This document shows, piece after piece, positions 62,078 to 64,000 of a stretch of DNA of 64,000 nt (position 1 is its first letter; every line of letters begins with the position of its first letter). The DNA comes from an uncultured Desulfovibrionaceae bacterium (GTDB lineage Bacteria > Desulfobacterota > Desulfovibrionia > Desulfovibrionales > Desulfovibrionaceae): positions 24,011 to 88,010 of the forward strand of contig CALUZB010000005.1 of the NCBI GenBank assembly GCA_944325195.1. The letters are read 5' to 3'. Below the pieces are notes generated by a model that was given only the letters and a program-made list of their open reading frames with translations, did not search any database and was not told the DNA's origin. The position numbers and the translations under genes were made by a program.

Positions 62078-62749
62078 CTTCCTTCCATTTCCTGTTCTGA
62101 AGCGGTTATTGTCCGAAATTACGCGCCGGATTCAGCCCCTTCTCGAAGCGAAACGAGCTGAAACGGCTGAAACGCGCAAAACCGGCTCCTCTCCCACAGC
62201 CGCCCTGCTTTGCGAAGCAGGACTGTCCGCGGCGGCCGCGCCGCAAATCGGCGCTGCCGATTTGGCTCAGGCTCAAATTTGTTTATAATCCAAACCACAA
62301 GCAACTGCAACCGGGAATTTCAAGCCGGGCTGCCGGAAGCGGCGGCTGGCGAAAGCAGGCCCAACCGGGAACAACGGAAGTTAAGCGTTGACGAATAAGG
62401 CCGGTCCGCCCACCTGAGTTCAATCCTCTTACATATAGTGGAATATCCAAAAATGCAAGGGAATACCTTATTTATAAACTCCGGAACAGCACAGATTGAC
62501 CGGCCCTGCTCGAATTATGATAAATATTGAACTATTTTCATTCTTCCCTCCCTCTTATCTACCATAAACCCGGATAAAAGTACTAAAAAGTACCTTTACA
62601 GCTCACTACCGCCCCTTTTTGGTGAAAAATGATTGACAAGCCGCCCCGCCAATGATTAGCTTACCTGTAATCCCAGTGGGAGCCCCAGCCGCAACCGAAG
62701 CAGGTTGATGAACAACCGGCGGCCGGAGCTGATGTGGGGATTTTCAGAC

Positions 62750-63979
62750 ATGATCATTAAAATAGCAACTAAAGACCTTGTGCCGGGCATGAAAGTGGTG
62801 GATCTTGACCTGCCCGGTCAGGCCGACCCGTTTTTATACGCCAAAGAGGGCGTGCTGCGCACCCGGAAAGAGGTGGATCAGGTACTGGTGGAAGGGTATC
62901 TTGATGCCTATATAGATACCGTCGCTCCGGAATCGGGGGATCTGGAAGAGGAAATAGAGGAAAGCATTCCGCCGCAGGAGCAGGCCGGCCCCTATAAAAA
63001 CCGGCTGCCGCCCAAAGTTGCGCTTGAGAAGGAACTGCCGGCGGCCCGCGCCCTGTTTGACCACTCGGTGCATTTTGCCCGCGACGCTCTGACAGGTCTG
63101 TGCCAGGGCAATGAACTTCCGCTGGAAGCCGGCAACGCAATCGTTGACGCCATCTTCAACAGCATCACCCGGAACTACAACGCTTGGCTCGGCCTGGTGA
63201 AACTGCGCCGACGCGATGAATACACCTATACCCACTGCATCAATGTTTGTGTGCTGGCCCTGCTGCTTTCAGCCCAGCTCGGAAATGATGAGTCAATCAC
63301 AAAAAAGGTGGGGCTGGCCGGACTGTTCCATGATATAGGAAAAGTGTTCATCCCTGAGGAAATCCTGAACAAAAACGGTCCGCTCACCTCTGAGGAGTTC
63401 ATGGTGATGAAGAAACACCCGGAGCTGGGTTGCCAATATGTGAAACGCTACAATCTGCCCGATGAGATTGTCAGCGGCATCCGCGATCACCATGAAAAAC
63501 TGAACGGCAAAGGCTATCCACGCGGGCTTATGGGGGCTGAAATCAGCGAAACCGCCCGCCTGATCAGCATTGCGGACATCTATGACGCCCTGACCAGCCG
63601 CCGGGTATATAAAGACCCCATGCTGCCCCACCAGGCTTTGTGCCTGATGTATTCCATGTGCGGCGACGAGCTTGACGAACAGCTGTTTGCCGCCTTCATC
63701 CACTCGCAGGGCATCTATCCGGTGGGCAGTGTGGTGGAGTTGTCTTCCGGCTGGCGCGGAGTGGTGCTGCAAATCAACCCCAACAAGCCCCTCTGCCCAC
63801 AAGTGGCCCTGATACGCAGCCCGTTGGGCCACTTCCGAATGGGCGAGGTAGTGGATTTGTCCGCGCAGTCACAGGTAAAAATCACCAAAGTAATGACCCC
63901 GGTGGAAGCGGGCGTTGACCCGGCACTGGTCTTTCCCGGCTGCAACACCCCGCCGATACAACAGTATGTAAGCTCCTGA
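62750..63979 (+). CDS. HD-GYP domain c-di-GMP phosphodiesterase with a DUF3391-like N-terminus
   Basis: The start MIIKIATKDLVPGMKV is preferred. Sequence: HDIGKVFIP...HHEKLNGKGYPRGL. Confidence 0.88.
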   Translation: MIIKIATKDLVPGMKVVDLDLPGQADPFLYAKEGVLRTRKEVDQVLVEGYLDAYIDTVAPESGDLEEEIEESIPPQEQAGPYKNRLPPKVALEKELPAARALFDHSVHFARDALTGLCQGNELPLEAGNAIVDAIFNSITRNYNAWLGLVKLRRRDEYTYTHCINVCVLALLLSAQLGNDESITKKVGLAGLFHDIGKVFIPEEILNKNGPLTSEEFMVMKKHPELGCQYVKRYNLPDEIVSGIRDHHEKLNGKGYPRGLMGAEISETARLISIADIYDALTSRRVYKDPMLPHQALCLMYSMCGDELDEQLFAAFIHSQGIYPVGSVVELSSGWRGVVLQINPNKPLCPQVALIRSPLGHFRMGEVVDLSAQSQVKITKVMTPVEAGVDPALVFPGCNTPPIQQYVSS

Positions 63980-64000
63980 CCTGGCTGCCCGAACGGATTA

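Overview
This is a 64-kb chromosomal segment with about 58% GC. Its gene content looks Desulfovibrionaceae-like, which is an inference from the genes present. It is dense with housekeeping genes: ispDF, RNase P RNA, Nif3 plus a COG1579 Zn-ribbon gene, wrbA, carD, rho, hypC, ileS-lspA, tRNA-Ser(CGA), tmRNA, an LPS-core cluster (gmhB, GT9, GT2, PagL-like), ilvE, gpmI, rsfS, a fused radical-SAM protein, an M16 peptidase, ychF, nusB-ribH-ribBA-ribE-ribD, glyA and fabF-acpP-fabG. It also carries a CsoR plus P1B-ATPase metal module, a MarR/MFS pair, and a YgiW plus QseBC-like two-component module with an HdeA-like gene. I found no cas genes, CRISPR array, transposase, integrase or prophage. The most interesting signal is non-coding. 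A mosaic repeat of about 170-185 nt with several hairpins occurs in four full copies (14448-14616, 20926-21106, 54419-54602, 57605-57784) and at least four solo fragments. One end of it is a 31-32 nt sequence with the length and termini of a type I-C CRISPR repeat (GTCG...GTGGATTGAAAC), paired in cis with an anti-repeat arm. Copies overlap gene ends (the ribE stop, the ygiW-like start) and bracket gene blocks. Other oddities are a (GATA)7 microsatellite, a C10 tract, large unexplained non-coding gaps, and low-complexity insertions in conserved enzymes.
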